Position numbers and translations under genes: made by a program. The notes beneath the pieces were generated by a model. That model saw nothing but the letters and a program-made list of their open reading frames with translations. It was not told the DNA's origin and ran no database searches. Source: Octopus bimaculoides (lineage: Eukaryota). Taken from it: a DNA stretch of 64,000 nt. This document shows, in pieces, positions 37,901 through 52,084 of the stretch. The first letter of the stretch is position 1. Each line of letters starts with the position of its first letter. Location: contig NC_068983.1 in NCBI RefSeq assembly GCF_001194135.2, positions 162,885,912 to 162,949,911 of the forward strand, in the 5' to 3' direction.

Positions 37901-38399
37901 TTACAACAGGTTTAGTTGGTGGCTTTGCTAGATTTTCAAATTTAGTCACCAAGCCAAGGTCTATAGAAAAGCATTCTAGCCGTAACCATCTCATTACTTA
38001 AAGGATCCTATCCCTCTTTAGAGCCTTGAAAAAGTATTTGTTAGACAGCGCAGTAATAAACTCGCTGTATGCGATTCTATTGTTTTATTTAAGAAAGTCG
38101 GGTTGTGTGATAGCGTAAATGAACAGCCGTCTGTTTCCATTTAAAACACTTCACTATCAATGCCCAGGACTAGCAAGCTATGTATAAGTGTAACAGATCT
38201 TAAATCATTAATTCCTAACTTCATGTACAACATAGTATCACAGAGCTGCATCAATTAGCCAATTCTGAAACGCCTGATATCACAAGAGTCTTACTAACCT
38301 TGTTGACATAAATTTTGAAGGGAGTGATGACCTGTCTAATGTATTCTATATCAGAATCATTACAAGAGAGGTGTGTTTGATTTAGATTCTCGGCATAAT

Positions 38400-38540
38400 A
38401 TTGGTTTCAAATTTTGGCACAAGGCCGGCAATTTCAGGGGAGGGATTAGTCTATTACATGGACCCAAGAGTTCAACTGATACTTAGTGTATCGACCCTCA
38501 AAAAGATGAAAGGCAAAGTCAACTTCGGCGGAAATTGAAA
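38400..38540 (-). mobile_element. SINE family A, partial
   Basis: Reverse core. Confidence 0.75.
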
Positions 38541-39929
38541 ATTTCTGACATAAGAGTTAAGTAATACTGTAGACATTACAAGGACTTGCGTGAGGCTGCT
38601 GTATCTGAGTTCGAGTCTATTTGTGGGTCTTGGGGTTTTCCAATGAGAAATCAATCATTTTAAGTCTTCTCTTGAATTATTACATGAAAATCGATTCTTC
38701 AAAGTTGTTCCAATGCCTCAGGCGGATAACAAAATTGATTGATGTCACAGCTGGCATAAATCTTTAGCCTCCTTCTGTTTTTGGCACGATGATGATGATC
38801 ATCATCATTATCATCCTCACCATCATCGTCGTCATCATCGTCGTCGTCGTCGTCATCATCATCATCATCAACAACAGCATCAATAAAAATATATTGCTAA
38901 CACCATAATCGCAATGCACAAAATACTGAAATATGACAAATCACCCCTTCATTTATTTACCTCCCTCCCTCTCTCTCTCATATGTATATATATATATATN
39001 NNNNNNNNNNNNNNNNNNNNNNNNNNNNNNNNNNNNNNNNNNNNNNNNNNNNNNNNNNNNNNNNNNNNNNNNNNNNNNNNNNNNNNNNNNNNNNNNNNNN
39101 NNNNNNNNNNNNNNNNNNNNNNNNNNNNNNNNNNNNNNNNNNNNNNNNNNNNNNNNNNNNNNNNNNNNNNNNNNNNNNNNNNNNNNNNNNNNNNNNNNNN
39201 NNNNNNNNNNNNNNNNNNNNNNNNNNNNNNNNNNNNNNNNNNNNNNNNNNNNNNNNNNNNNNNNNNNNNNNNNNNNNNNNNNNNNNNNNNNNNNNNNNNN
39301 NNNNNNNNNNNNNNNNNNNNNNNNNNNNNNNNNNNNNNNNNNNNNNNNNNNNNNNNNNNNNNNNNNNNNNNNNNNNNNNNNNNNNNNNNNNNNNNNNNNN
39401 NNNNNNNNNNNNNNNNNNNNNNNNNNNNNNNNNNNNNNNNNNNNNNNNNNNNNNNNNNNNNNNNNNNNNNNNNNNNNNNNNNNNNNNNNNNNNNNNNNNN
39501 NNNNNNNNNNNNNNNNNNNNNNNNNNNNNNNNNNNNNNNNNNNNNNNNNNNNNNNNNNNNNNNNNNNNNNNNNNNNNNNNNNNNNNNNNNNNNNNNNNNN
39601 NNNNNNNNNNNNNNNNNNNNNNNNNNNNNNNNNNNNNNNNNNNNNNNNNNNNNNNNNNNNNNNNNNNNNNNNNNNNNNNNNNNNNNNNNNNNNNNNNNNN
39701 NNNNNNNNNNNNNNNNNNNNNNNNNNNNNNNNNNNNNNNNNNNNNNNNNNNNNNNNNNNNNNNNNNNNNNNNNNNNNNNNNNNNNNNNNNNNNNNNNNNN
39801 NNNNNNNNNNNNNNNNNNNNNNNNNNNNNNNNNNNNNNNNNNNNNNNNNNNNNNNNNAAAGGCTGACCAGATGCCGCTAATGCCGGTGTGCTAACGATTC
39901 AGCTAACTCACAGCCTTAAAACTGAAAAT

Positions 39930-40170
39930 ATATTTCTTTCTTTCTTTATTGCCCACAGGGGGTTAAACATAGAGGGGACAAACAAGGACAGACAAAGGGA
40001 TTAAGTCGATTATATTGGCCCCAGTGCGTAACTGGTACTTATTTAATCGACCCCGAAAGGACGAAAGGCAAAGTCGACCTCGGCGGAATTTGAACTCAGA
40101 ACGTAAAGGCAGACGAAAGAGCGCTAGGCAGTTCGCCCGGTCTGCTAACGATTGTGCCAGTTCGCCGCCC
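39930..40170 (-). mobile_element. SINE family A, long-tail subfamily (same tail at 32730 and 63970)
   Basis: ttattgcccacagggg...gacaaacaaggacagac tail followed by a reverse core and head. Confidence 0.9.
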
Positions 40171-40799
40171 TAAAACAGAAAATATATTGATCGCAAGTGA
40201 GTTAATGTTGATCAAATTATCGATCAAAATTTGATAATGGAGGCCGTAACAACAAATACGAACAGAGTAATAATGATGATGATGATGATGTTGATGCTGA
40301 AGATGACGATGATGATGATTATGATGATGAGGAGAACGATGACGGCAACGACGACGATAACAATGATAACATTTCTTAAACCACAGAAAAAAACATCATC
40401 GCTTTGAGAGGAAAACATCATCGTGTTAACCACAGTTGATCGATTAAATAAAAATGCCTTTTGAAAGGGAAATAAAATAATTACCTAAATTAACAGATTT
40501 CAAAGGAAAAAAATAAATAAACATAACGGGGAAAATAGAAACAAAAAGAAATTAAAACCCATTGAAGACTAGCTTCGATTGAAACCCTGTCATCTAGATT
40601 ATTACGGCATCAAAGATAATAGAGATTCACAAGCGAATTCCATAAAGGTGCTGACAAAATAATCAAACCAAATTTAGTAAAGATCGAATGCTTCGTTTTT
40701 AGAATTACAATGTATTTTAGTTTCAATCATTGAAAATATAATTGCTTTGGCAATTATGTTCCGATTATCGTTTTTCATTATTTTACGAGAGAGGGCGCT

Positions 40800-41415
40800 A
40801 CTGAATGATAGATTCAGCAAAACGTCAGACAAATGTGCATCAAGTGAGTGATGCCCTTTTTTTTTTTGTTACGTTACTCAGTTCAAATACTTCGAAGGTT
40901 AATTTTTGTCTTTCATCATTCCTGGGTCGATAAAATAGTACTTGGCAATTATTAGGGACATTTTTATCGACTGAACCTTTCCCTTAAAATTCCTGATTTG
41001 TATGGCGGTAAGCTGGCAGAAACGCCAGCACGCCGGGCGAAATGCTTAGCCGTATTTCGTCTGGCTTTACGTTCTGAGTTCAAATTCCGCCGAGGTCGAC
41101 TTTGCCTGTCATCCTTTCGAGGTCGATAAATTAAGTACCAGTTGCGTACTGGGGTCGATCTAATCGACTGGCCTCCTCCCCACCAAAAACAAATTTCGGG
41201 CCCTGTGCCTAGAGTAGAAAAGACTATTTTTGAATTGTGACTTAGACAGAAATTATTTCTTTAATGTGACGGCGAGAAACAGAATATAGAAGTCCTTTAT
41301 TATTTATATTATCATTATTAATATTTGACTTTCATTCTTTCAGGGTCGATAAAATAGTACCAGCTGTGTACTGGGGGCGATGTAATCAACTTAGCCCCTC
41401 CCCGAAATTTCTGGC
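40800..41415 (+). mobile_element. Cluster of family A SINEs; intact copy 41004-41222
   Basis: Near-consensus head and core at 41004. Confidence 0.9.
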
Positions 41416-41489
41416 TAAAATTTCGTTAGTGCATGCTAATTTGGTTAGCAAGTATTTTAATCTTAAGGTTTGCTGACAATAAGTCTCCT

Positions 41490-44290
41490 CAAATCTCAAG
41501 AAACTTTCTTAGGGTTCTTGTAGAATGTAGAATGGTACTTTTCTGCATTTCAACAATGCGAGTTTTAATTCCAACCTCTTTCAGTCTTTCAGGCAGCATT
41601 TTGGGCGTTGTACTAAGTGCACCAATTACTATAGGAACCATTGTTTTGGTCTTCCACAGTCTCCTTAGTTCTCTTGCTAGATCCGGATATTTCTAAATCT
41701 CTTCAGTTTCTTTGGCATCGACTCTGATATCATAGGGAATTATTACAAAATATGACCATACACTTCTTATTTTGTCCTCTATAATCATATCTGGTCTTCT
41801 TGCATAAATAGTACAGTCAGTCTTTATGGTCCCACAAGTTCTTGTGATCCTCATTTCCTATCACTGTCTCTGGTTCGTGCTCCTACCACTTTTCTGTTGG
41901 TTTGAAGCTACACACTCGGCTAACGTTCCAACACACTCTCTCTTTTGCCGACACAGTCATGTCTGTATATATATTCCTTTTGTACTAACATACTCCACTC
42001 ACGCAAGAGATGATTGAAACCCTCGTCACCTTTCCTCCAGATTCTACAATCGCTGTCTGAGTTTTGTTCATCTTTATCTTTATCAGATTTGTTCTGTCCC
42101 TCGTTTCAAATTCCATCCGCCAACCAAAGTCAATTATCTTCACTCCCAACATGCTCGGTTTTCGCATGAATTCGCTATGTAATCAATCCTTTTCGCTTCT
42201 ACTGTTTCGGTCACTTTTTGGGCATCTCTGGTTGCCGAAAGTTTTCTTCCTCTGCTCTGCACAGCACAATTTCTTCAGACCCACTATTAACAATGCCTTC
42301 CACGACTTGGAATCCTCCAGCATCTTCCCTGCTTGGCTGTAAGAGTCGGTAGGTATTACTTTCAGGATGAAGTGCGTTGTGTATTATGAGCAGCTTTCTG
42401 ATTCTTCTATCCAAGTTCTGTAGCTCAACTTTTGTCCATTTAAGAAAGGGAGCAGAGTATCTCAATGGCTTTAATGATGTTCCTTTCATTTAATTTTGTC
42501 TCGAACCCTTTCTTAGTTCTCTTTTATTCTTTAGCGACTTTCTCTTCCATTTCTCTTTCCATCGTCCCATAGTTTTGCAGGTATTTGTATTCCTCATTAT
42601 TTCACAGCGATCTAATGATGTCGTCTTGTAACAACTTTATGCCATCAGAATTTATTTTCCAGCCTCTCTTCATAATTAGTTCTGCCCACTTTTATGCTCC
42701 AAACAGAATTCCAGTGTTTTTACTGAATATTCTCAGTTCGTATTTTAGGTCCCGATGTTCTATTTTCTCACTTTTTCTATCAAAAAGACTCCTTACATCA
42801 ATTAAGAAAAACAATCTTTATTTAATACATGTGCGCCTATTTGGTTGGAGATTCATATATCACAATACATCTACATGGTCGTTTTCATGGACGTATCCTG
42901 GTTTATGGTCAAACCATTTTTCCATATATAAAAATCCATATTTTATAAAAAGATATTTCAAATCTATTAATTTAGTGACCTCCACTTCTTAAAGACCGTC
43001 TGACCACCCATAAACATTCAGAGACTATATGCGCAACTTCACATTCTACATTCAATCAAGATGTCTAATTTATCTAGGTTCTTCTTCATATAACTTGCTC
43101 TGATTGCTTGATTACCCGCAGCTAATATTAAGGAAGAAACTTTATCCTCTTAATTGAGTAACAGCGCTTTATTTGTATTCTGGTTGAAGATTTGTATCCC
43201 ATAATACCTTTAAATGTCCTTTTCAAGGATGCGTTCTATTTGATGGTCATGCCATTTTCTCATATGTTCAAATCCATATTTTTGTTTTTACAGATTCACC
43301 AATATGTTATTTTAGCAATCTTCTCATGTCCCCAGTTCTTATAGACTGTCTCACTAAGCATATATACTCAAAGACCATACGTGCGACCACCTCTTCTCTT
43401 TCCTCACTCATTCTACATTCAACCGAGTTGTCTTCTTCATCTATGCTCTTCATGATGTACCATATCCTGATTGCTTAATTCCGCACAGCCAGAGTCAAAC
43501 CCTTTGTCCCTTTCTTTCTTCCTTTACCTATTGAAATGATTTCTGATTATGATACCCTTCACTGTTTTGAAAGGAAAACTTTCCATGTAAACTTCTCTAT
43601 GCATGTCGTTGCTACGAGATCTTCACTTTTCTTTTCCCTCAACCACCATATTCTCTCTTCTTACTGCTATTAAAAGCTTCCTTTTGCTGCCAGCAAAGCA
43701 CTTCTTTAATCTATTTCTACTCATACACAGTCTTCTAAACTTATCAGTCTTCTATACTTATTAGTCTTCTTTCACCATTCTTTCTCTTCAAAATCAATCT
43801 CTCAACATCTGCTAGCGGTGTAAAGTGCTATAAGCTATCAGTAATGTCCTTGTTTTTTTCTATTTACGTTCTCAAGACCTTTTGGTCCGTTTGGTTATTC
43901 CAGCGCTGTTCCCAATGTTAGCTACGCTTCTTGAGTGTATGGCAGTGATGGTATTTATTCCATTGAGTTTGGAATTTAGTATTTCCTTTATCCTTCGAAA
44001 ATATTCTCCTCATAATTTATCGTTCATCATTCTTCTTTTATACCATCATCTTCCAAGACTCGCATATTTATATCCATCATCCGCATCAATCTTCGATATC
44101 TTCTCTTTGTTCAGTAAATTTAATCCGTCACTTTTATGGTATTCCTCTTTTATTCCTCACAAAGATTCCATCCTTGGAAACACACCATTTCATTCTGACG
44201 TCATTGCTCAACACACTCACCTTATTGACAAGGGTATCCGATTCCATCTCAGTCTTGCAGGAGAACTTTAGATCATCCATGAATAACAAA
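41490..44290 (-). mobile_element. Decayed, rearranged RLE-type LINE fragments
   Basis: KYPDLARELRRLW...VPIVIGALS...QKSTILHSTRTLRKFLEI* at 41490-41700. RT remnants occur twice, at about 42200-42800 and 43880-44290. Confidence 0.75.
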
Positions 44291-44399
44291 ATATTTTAAC
44301 TATCTTTTGATCTTTTCCAAGGCTATTTGTAGTGGTGGAAAACAAACACAGACATGAAGACACACACGGCCAAGCACACACACACACACACACACACAC

Positions 44400-44535
44400 A
44401 CAACGGGATTCCTTCAGTTTCTGTCTATCAAATCTACTAAAAAGGCCTTGGTTAGCCCAAGGTTTCCACGCAGTGGGATTGAACCTAGAACCATGTGGTT
44501 GGAAACAAGCTTCTTACCACACAGCCACGCTTGCA
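44400..44535 (-). mobile_element. SINE family B
   Basis: Reverse family B. Confidence 0.8.
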
Positions 44536-44719
44536 CCGATGTAAATATGTGAAAAGTTTCAGAAAAACTGAAAAAAATTTGTCTTTTGTAAAAAGTGTCG
44601 CTAGAGATGTCTCCGCTTCTCGCAGCATAATTAGTGGGGGTTTTTTTTCAAAATTGTGGGGCAAAACTGCTTTCCTCAATGAATTGTAATGAAATCCTGA
44701 GCAGATAATTCCGCTTTCC

Positions 44720-45135
44720 GGATATTTTGTCCTATCTCTCCTTTCTATCTGTGTCGTGGCACTCCGTCGGTAACAACGACGAGGGTTCCAGTTGATCCGA
44801 TCAACGGAACAGCCTGCTCGTGAAATTAACGTGCAAGTGGCTGAGCACTCCACAGACATGTGTACCCTTAACATAATTCTCAGGGAGATTCAGCGTGACA
44901 CAGAGTGTGACAAGGCTGGCCCTTTGAAATACAGGTACAACAGAAACAGGAAGAAAGAGTGAGAGAAAGTTGTGGTGAAAGAGTACAGCAGGGTTCGTCA
45001 CCACCCCCTGCCGGAGCCACGTGGAGCTTTAGGTGTTTTCGCTCAATAAACACTCACAGTGCCTGGTCTGGGAATCGAAACCGCGATCTCACGACCGCGA
45101 GTCCGCTGCCCTAACCACTGGGCCATTGCGCTTCC
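44720..45135 (-). mobile_element. tRNA-derived SINE family C, well preserved
   Basis: Reverse head gcgcaatggcccagtggttagggcagcggactcgcggtcgtgagatcgcggtttcgattccc with A and B boxes. Confidence 0.85.
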
Positions 45136-45229
45136 ACTCTATCTGTGTTTGTGTGTGTGTGTGTGTATGTGTGTACGTAGGTGTGTATGTGTGTATGTCT
45201 TTGGATATGGTTATACGTGTGGGCATCTT

Positions 45230-45472
45230 TTAACCTTCGTCTTTTACTTGTTTCACTTATTCGACTGTGGCCATACTGGAGCACCGCCTTGAAGAATTTT
45301 TAGTCGAATGAATCATTCGATTTTAATCCTGATACTTGTTCTATCGGTCGTTTTTGTCGAACCGCTAGCTTACATGAACATAAATACAATAACGCCGATT
45401 GGTGGGAGACAACCAAAAACACAAAGACATATACACACATATGCACACGCACACACATATGCGCGTACACAC

Positions 45473-45537
<65 letters not shown>

Positions 45538-45547
45538 NNNNNNNNNN

Positions 45548-45587
<40 letters not shown>

Positions 45588-45702
45588 GACGGGCTTCTTT
45601 CAGTTTCCGTCTACCAAATCCACTGAAGTCTTTGAACACTTGACCAAGGTGCTACTGAACCCAGAACCAAGAAGTTGGGAAGCAAACTTCTTACCACACA
45701 CC

Positions 45703-45705
<3 letters not shown>
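45230..45705 (-). mobile_element. SINE family B with 3' module, spanning a small gap
   Basis: ttcgactgtggccatactggagcaccgcc...gacgggcttctttcagtttccgtctacc. Confidence 0.8.
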
Positions 45706-45741
<36 letters not shown>

Positions 45742-46254
45742 ATATTTGTACAAACCTGTACTCACACTCACAGGGTCACGCATGCGCAATGGCAATTAAG
45801 AACGAGTTATTGAAGGAGCGTCTGCGTGGTGCTTAAAACTGACACAAAATGACAACTTAATGCCCCCCACCGCTCATATGATGCCACTGCCATCCCCGAA
45901 AAAGAAAAGATTCAATAAGTTGTGGGATTGTGACAGCTGGATTGTCTTTGATCATAAGTTGCCTCAATCATGGTTGACTTGGGGTTAAACAATAACTATC
46001 ATATGTGTATGTATGTATATATATATATATATATATATATNNNNNNNNNNNNNNNNNNNNNNNNNNNNNNNNNNNNNNNNNNNNNNNNNNNNNNNNNNNN
46101 NNNNNNNNNNNNNNNNNNNNNNNNNNNNNNNNNNNNNNNNNNNNNNNNNNNNNNNNNNNNNNNNNNNNNNNNNNNNNNNNNNNNNNNNNNNNNNNNNNNN
46201 NNNNNNNNNNNNNNNNNNNNNNNNNNNNNNNNNNNNNNNNNNNNNNNNNNNNNN

Positions 46255-46293
<39 letters not shown>

Positions 46294-47934
46294 ATACATA
46301 TACATACATATATGTATACATATACACGCACACGTAAATATACACACATACACGCACACATAAATACACACACATACACACACACGCACACACACATATA
46401 GCTATGCAAATATACATACGTACATTTAAGCACGTAGCTACAGCATCTCACGCACTACAGTCTTTGATCAGCATAATCAAATTGTTTGTATGAATTGAGA
46501 TCAATACGAAGACTGTACTGGATCTGTGTGCAATCTTAATAGACAATATAATTTTCAACTAATTTAATTAGTAATTAAAATGGCAGGAATGTAACACTTT
46601 CACGCCACACTCTTAAACTTACACACACACATACATACACACGTGTGTCTATATAATTATATATGAGAAAGTTTCCCCAATAATCTAATTAAACCGAAGC
46701 AAATGTACACAGATTAAAGGAATATTGCTGTGGTTTGGAGACTGTTGTTTTTGACATAGTTAAAATTTAGTGTTAATTTGGTGAAATTACTAACTGTGTT
46801 AATTAAATTTAATGTGAACTTTGTCGTATATCAGAAGTGACATACAAACTTAAATCATTTAAATCAATTATTTATTTTCTTTTTATCAAAATTCTTCGTC
46901 TTTGTGTATTTGTTTTAGAATTAGAAACAGTTCGTGTATTTCTTTTCATGTTTATGTTATTTTTTGTTTTGAATCTAAACAAGTAGAGTTCACGAAGGTC
47001 TGGAAACGTCAAGAAAGCAGAATTATATACGTGTGCGAATCATGCATGAATTACGAAGCGACGGCGAATGAAGTTTTTGTAAATAAAATTATAAAACTTC
47101 TATTTACAAAATATATATTGTCTATAGAAAATAGTCTAATCTTTTGGCATATAAGCACCAGTAACGGAAAAAAAAAATGAGCATGAGAATGGAACCCACA
47201 TCCCTTATTTTTGCGATACGTCTGCTAGCCGATTACCACCAACATACCCAACCTGATTTTCTCCGTTAAATTTCATAGCCGTAAATATGTAAACATGTGC
47301 GAATTCTGCGTGAATTTGGAAACGGCAACGAGTAAAATTTTTATAAACAGAATTATAAGCCACTACTATATACTGACTATATAAAATAGTCTAATATTCG
47401 GGCATATAAGCCCCGTAATGGGAAAGGTGTAGGTTCGGTTCCCACATTAGACTATTTCTTCTAGTCAGCGTACAGTAAATGATTATAATTCTATTTTCAT
47501 AAATAATGAAGTACATTTTAGTTATAAGTCAATATTTCATGACTTTTGTACAACTCTTATTTCTTCTTGTTTTAATTTAAGAAGCTTAATGGTCGTGTGG
47601 ATAAGATATCAGTCCTTTTACGGCAAAGAGAGGTCTTGGTATTGTAAAGAGTGCGGCAAAAAACTCACACATTGTGCAGCTTAGCAAACTTTTCAACAGT
47701 AAACGCACGTCGTGAACTGACATAAACAAAAACCCTATGGAGACAAACGGTAAAACATTAACGAGACACCACCCACCTACTACCTCCTCTACCATATGTA
47801 CGTCAAGACAACAACAATAGAAGGTTCTGTATTCGTTCATTCCTTTAATCGTTTCAGTCGCATGAGTGCAGCCATGCTGGAACACTGCTTTCATTTATTT
47901 TCTTTCAGTTCCGTTGTCGCTTTATGGCTGGAAG

Positions 47935-48240
47935 TTTGTCTCTGATTGAGTTTGTTTGTAGAAGCCGATCTTCCCTGAGTGTATCCTTGAATAGTTGGCT
48001 GGTCCCGTATCGACATCAGTTTATCCAATGTTTTTGTTTTTGAATTCTTCAGCAGAGGTCTGTTTTATATTTCTGATTTCTTTCGGAAGGCATTTGAACG
48101 GCTGTGGACCTCTAAATATCAAACTGGTACAATAGAGTGATTCTGCTCGTGGTTTCGAAGGTGTCTACATTTGGAAGCTGACAGTATCTGCCTGCTCGTG
48201 CATTAAAGTTCTCTCTAATGCCTACCGCACTCTGTAACAG
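47935..48240 (-). mobile_element. CR1/L2-like LINE 3' end
   Basis: LIFRGPQPFKCLPKEIRNIKQTSAEEFKTKTLDKLMSIRDQPTIQGY. Confidence 0.7.
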
Positions 48241-49406
48241 GAGAGACGTGTAAAACTTGGGTGAAAGTACTTTCCAAATTGCATGAGTTCCAAATAATTG
48301 GTAACTGAAAAAAAAAAAAAAATGGAAAGAGCTTCATTTAATGCCAGACCGTTTAACTAATGTGAAGAATAAATACGAATGATCTTAACCAATCAGTTGA
48401 TCAGTCTGACATGATATCGTAAATATCAGTCCAGCCCAATAAACATGTTTTCCCCCATGCACGAATTGATATCAGCTATTAAATATTCGATAATGGACTC
48501 ATGGCCATCATCAAAGAATTTATGAGAATCGTACATAATATAAAATAAAAGAAGACGATTTAACTTTTAACGACTGCAACTTTAACAAGTGCAATAAAAC
48601 ATTATTAAAAACTGAAAACTGTAGAAAAGTAAGAAAAAATATTCCAGTAAAATGAAAATAATGAAGAGGACGACTATTAAAATTTTATGTTGAAAAATGA
48701 GCCGAGTTAATTCTTCTGGTGTTTCTGCTCAAATGATTAATCTTGTTTCAAGTCCTTTTACACGAGGGATTAAGGTTTCATTAAAACTGAAACAGACTTT
48801 CTACCTATTAAAGGCAAGAAATGTAGAATACGAAGATAAAGAACTATTCATAACGTTGCATTTTATTTTGATGCAACGAATAAACTGTCATATTGAAAGC
48901 AGCGATTGAAGTTTTAAGAAGCAAAGGAAAAAGAAAAAGAAATCATACATAAAATTATAAACACAAACGAAGAAAATTTCAGTAAACGATTTGATAAAAT
49001 AAATAGCAGAGAAAATGGTGGACATTTTTCTGTAAATGACAAGTCTTATCAGAGTTTAATGTTCGAACTCTACTTTTTGTCTGTAATCGAATATCAAAAT
49101 GAAACACATTATATTTGTAAAAATTAATAAAAATAAAATAACAATAACAATACTAATTTCCCAGCTTCTTTGAAATTTGGTTTAAAAAATAATATTGCAT
49201 TAAAAAAAACATGTTTATGGTAAAAAATAATAAATATTACAAAAATCATGTTTTATGGTAATTTTTGTGAATATTTTGATTTGAACGTATTTTCTTTGCT
49301 GTAGGAAAATATTTTCCTATCTTGATGAAATAGAAATAAAATAAAATAGTATGAGAGAGAAAGATAGGATAGGAGGGTAGATAAAGAGACGGAGAGGGAG
49401 AGAAAC

Positions 49407-49460
<54 letters not shown>

Positions 49461-49849
49461 CGTAATAGGATAGAATAGTTAGCAGAAATAGATAAATAAA
49501 TAGATGCATAGATAGATAAATGGATAGATAAGTAAGGAGATAGATGGATAGATAAATAGATGGATGGATAGATAGATGGATAGATAGACAGACAGACAGA
49601 TAGATAGATAGATAGATACGTTGATTGGTTGAAGGAGAAACGGAGGTGTGTGCAGAAATTGAATTGACACGTTTGTAGAAATGTGTTTATGTATTTATGT
49701 ATGTATGTATGTATGTATGTGTGTGAGAGGGTGTGAGAGAGAAAGAGAGAGAGAGGGAGAGTAAGAAAAAGACAAGCAGAGAAAGAAGGATTAGTTATTT
49801 TAATCAAATAATTTGTGCAGGATATTCTCAAGGAATAATTTTTGAGATT

Positions 49850-50575
49850 TGAAGAAATTGCGCCAGAGGAAGAATGACATCCCTTACAACTCTCACTGAC
49901 ACTAAGGGATATGTCCCCAGACCAGGAGGGACCTGATTGCATGCAGCTGAATAGAGTTCGTTAAAGATACTTAGGGGCCAGTCGCTCTTGTTAAAGTAGA
50001 CGCCATATTAAAATGGTGGGCATGAAACCTTCTGAGAACTTCCCCAGGCTGATTGTATAATCAGCTGTTCGTTTTGAGGAGTTGGAAACAGCTCTTAGCC
50101 ACTGTTGTTCCAGGTCTACTCTGTTATGGGCTAATTAGCATGTTACAGACTTGCCTCCGGAACGAGGCTCTTTTAGTTGCCCATCTAAGAGAAGGTAACT
50201 CCATACAAATCTTGGATCTTGGTAACTACTGGGCTCACGGCATTTGTTACAACAGACCAATACAAATTTGGAGGACAAGAAAGTGAGACTGGTTCGGCAC
50301 AAACCATACCTGCTACAATAATATTTATTGTGCTGGTTTTTCAGCAAAGCCAGACACCAGCACCAACACCATCACACTTTACAAGTCCCGTGGTGATAAG
50401 AGGTGACAGTGACAGGCAGACGATGCGACAGGAAGTGTTCAGCCTTGACTCTGGATCCAGACAGCCATTGGGAGACGGTAGTTTTCCATAGTCTTACACT
50501 GTAGAACTGTGTCTTGCGAAACCTTCATTCACAGAAGTGTTGAGTGAGTAAGTCCATCATTGTATCACCAGCTAG
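49850..50575 (-). pseudogene. Decayed Sushi(CCP)/HYR-like coding fragment
   Basis: DYGKLPSPNGCLDPESRLNTSCRIVC...VKCDGVGAGVWLC*KTSTINIIVAGMVCAEPVSLSCPPNLYW, with nearby (C)NEGF and GPSWSG fragments in shifted frames. Cys/Trp spacing was judged by eye. Confidence 0.35.
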
Positions 50576-50810
50576 ACACAATGGTAGGCTACCATGTTTA
50601 AAATACTAATTTCTCAACCGAACCAATTCACCTAATCTTAAAGAGGGTCGGTACAGAGGAATCCAAGAACCATTAAGAGTTCTGTGTATATTTCAAATGT
50701 ATTTCGCGGGCTGCGAGCAGTTTTAGACTAAAATCCATCTTAAGAAAGCCTCTTGGAAAACGTTGGTGACTACAAGCCCGAACTGTAGCAACGATATACA
50801 AGTTATGATT

Positions 50811-50874
<64 letters not shown>

Positions 50875-51797
50875 CGCTGCTGCCGCTGCTGCTGATATCA
50901 TATAATGAGAGGTAGATATGCTCAGAGTTCATATCCTGCTATATTATCTTTGCCCTCCATCTCCCCAGAGATGGAAAGCAAAGATAATACTGGGACTTCG
51001 AAAGAGGTTCCTGGTTTGATTCAATCTTCTCTAAACCCGTACGTTTATTAAAAATCAACATTGCATATTCTTTTTCTAGGAACAAATGATAATAGCCTGA
51101 AAAGAATACAACTCTGAGATTATGAAGACATTTCCATGTTATTGTTGGAATAATCTTAAAATCAGTAAATATAGAAAAACCCAATAATCTCAAACAACTG
51201 CTTTACACAATAAATATCATACTTTGAATAATTCTTTGTTTGTTTTCAATTGATTTAAAAACTACTTAGTTTGGCTTTGTTTTCCAGTTGAAAAATCCAT
51301 AGGCTTTACAGAATGTGGCTGATGTTTAACGAAACTTTCTTTACCCATTTCTTTGACTAGATTTACATTACATGGTTGCGAACAAAAACATCAGCATTCA
51401 AAGGACCGCTTCCTCACAAAAAACCACTGCTTCTATGACAAATATATTTATTATTTTTTTTTATGATGTTCAACCAGCGTCTTTGGCTAGAGATAGAAGA
51501 ATGTTTACGAAGCGGAGGATTTTAGCGCTGACAAAAAAATGTTATAAACTATTATGAAATTTGGTATTATTCCTTATTATTTTCATAATTATTATTTGTT
51601 TGTTCCTTTAAATACTGCAAAAAGTAATCAATAGATCAATAGATCAATATTGTTTCGAACTGCATTGTAATACGTGCAGACACATACAGCTGTGTATTTC
51701 TACAAACTTATTTATATACAATATGCACACACACGTGCAATTTCACATAAACACACACATACACACACACACACACACACATAAACACACACATACG

Positions 51798-51832
<35 letters not shown>

Positions 51833-51904
51833 GTATATATATATATTCACAGATGCAAACGTGCATTTCTGTCTGACTGTCTGTCTGGCTATCTATCTAT
51901 CTAA

Positions 51905-51959
<55 letters not shown>

Positions 51960-52084
51960 CATAGTTTGAATAAATTACACATTCCACCAGATTTCAAACT
52001 CACAGTTTATATATATATATACATGTATATGTATATGCATTTGTGTGTATATGTACATATATATATTCTTTATTCTTTCTTTTA

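Noticed and set aside
50970-51040. Plus-strand exon MESKDNTGTSKEVPGLIQSSLNP
   Set aside because: It is isolated, with no compatible partner exon found.
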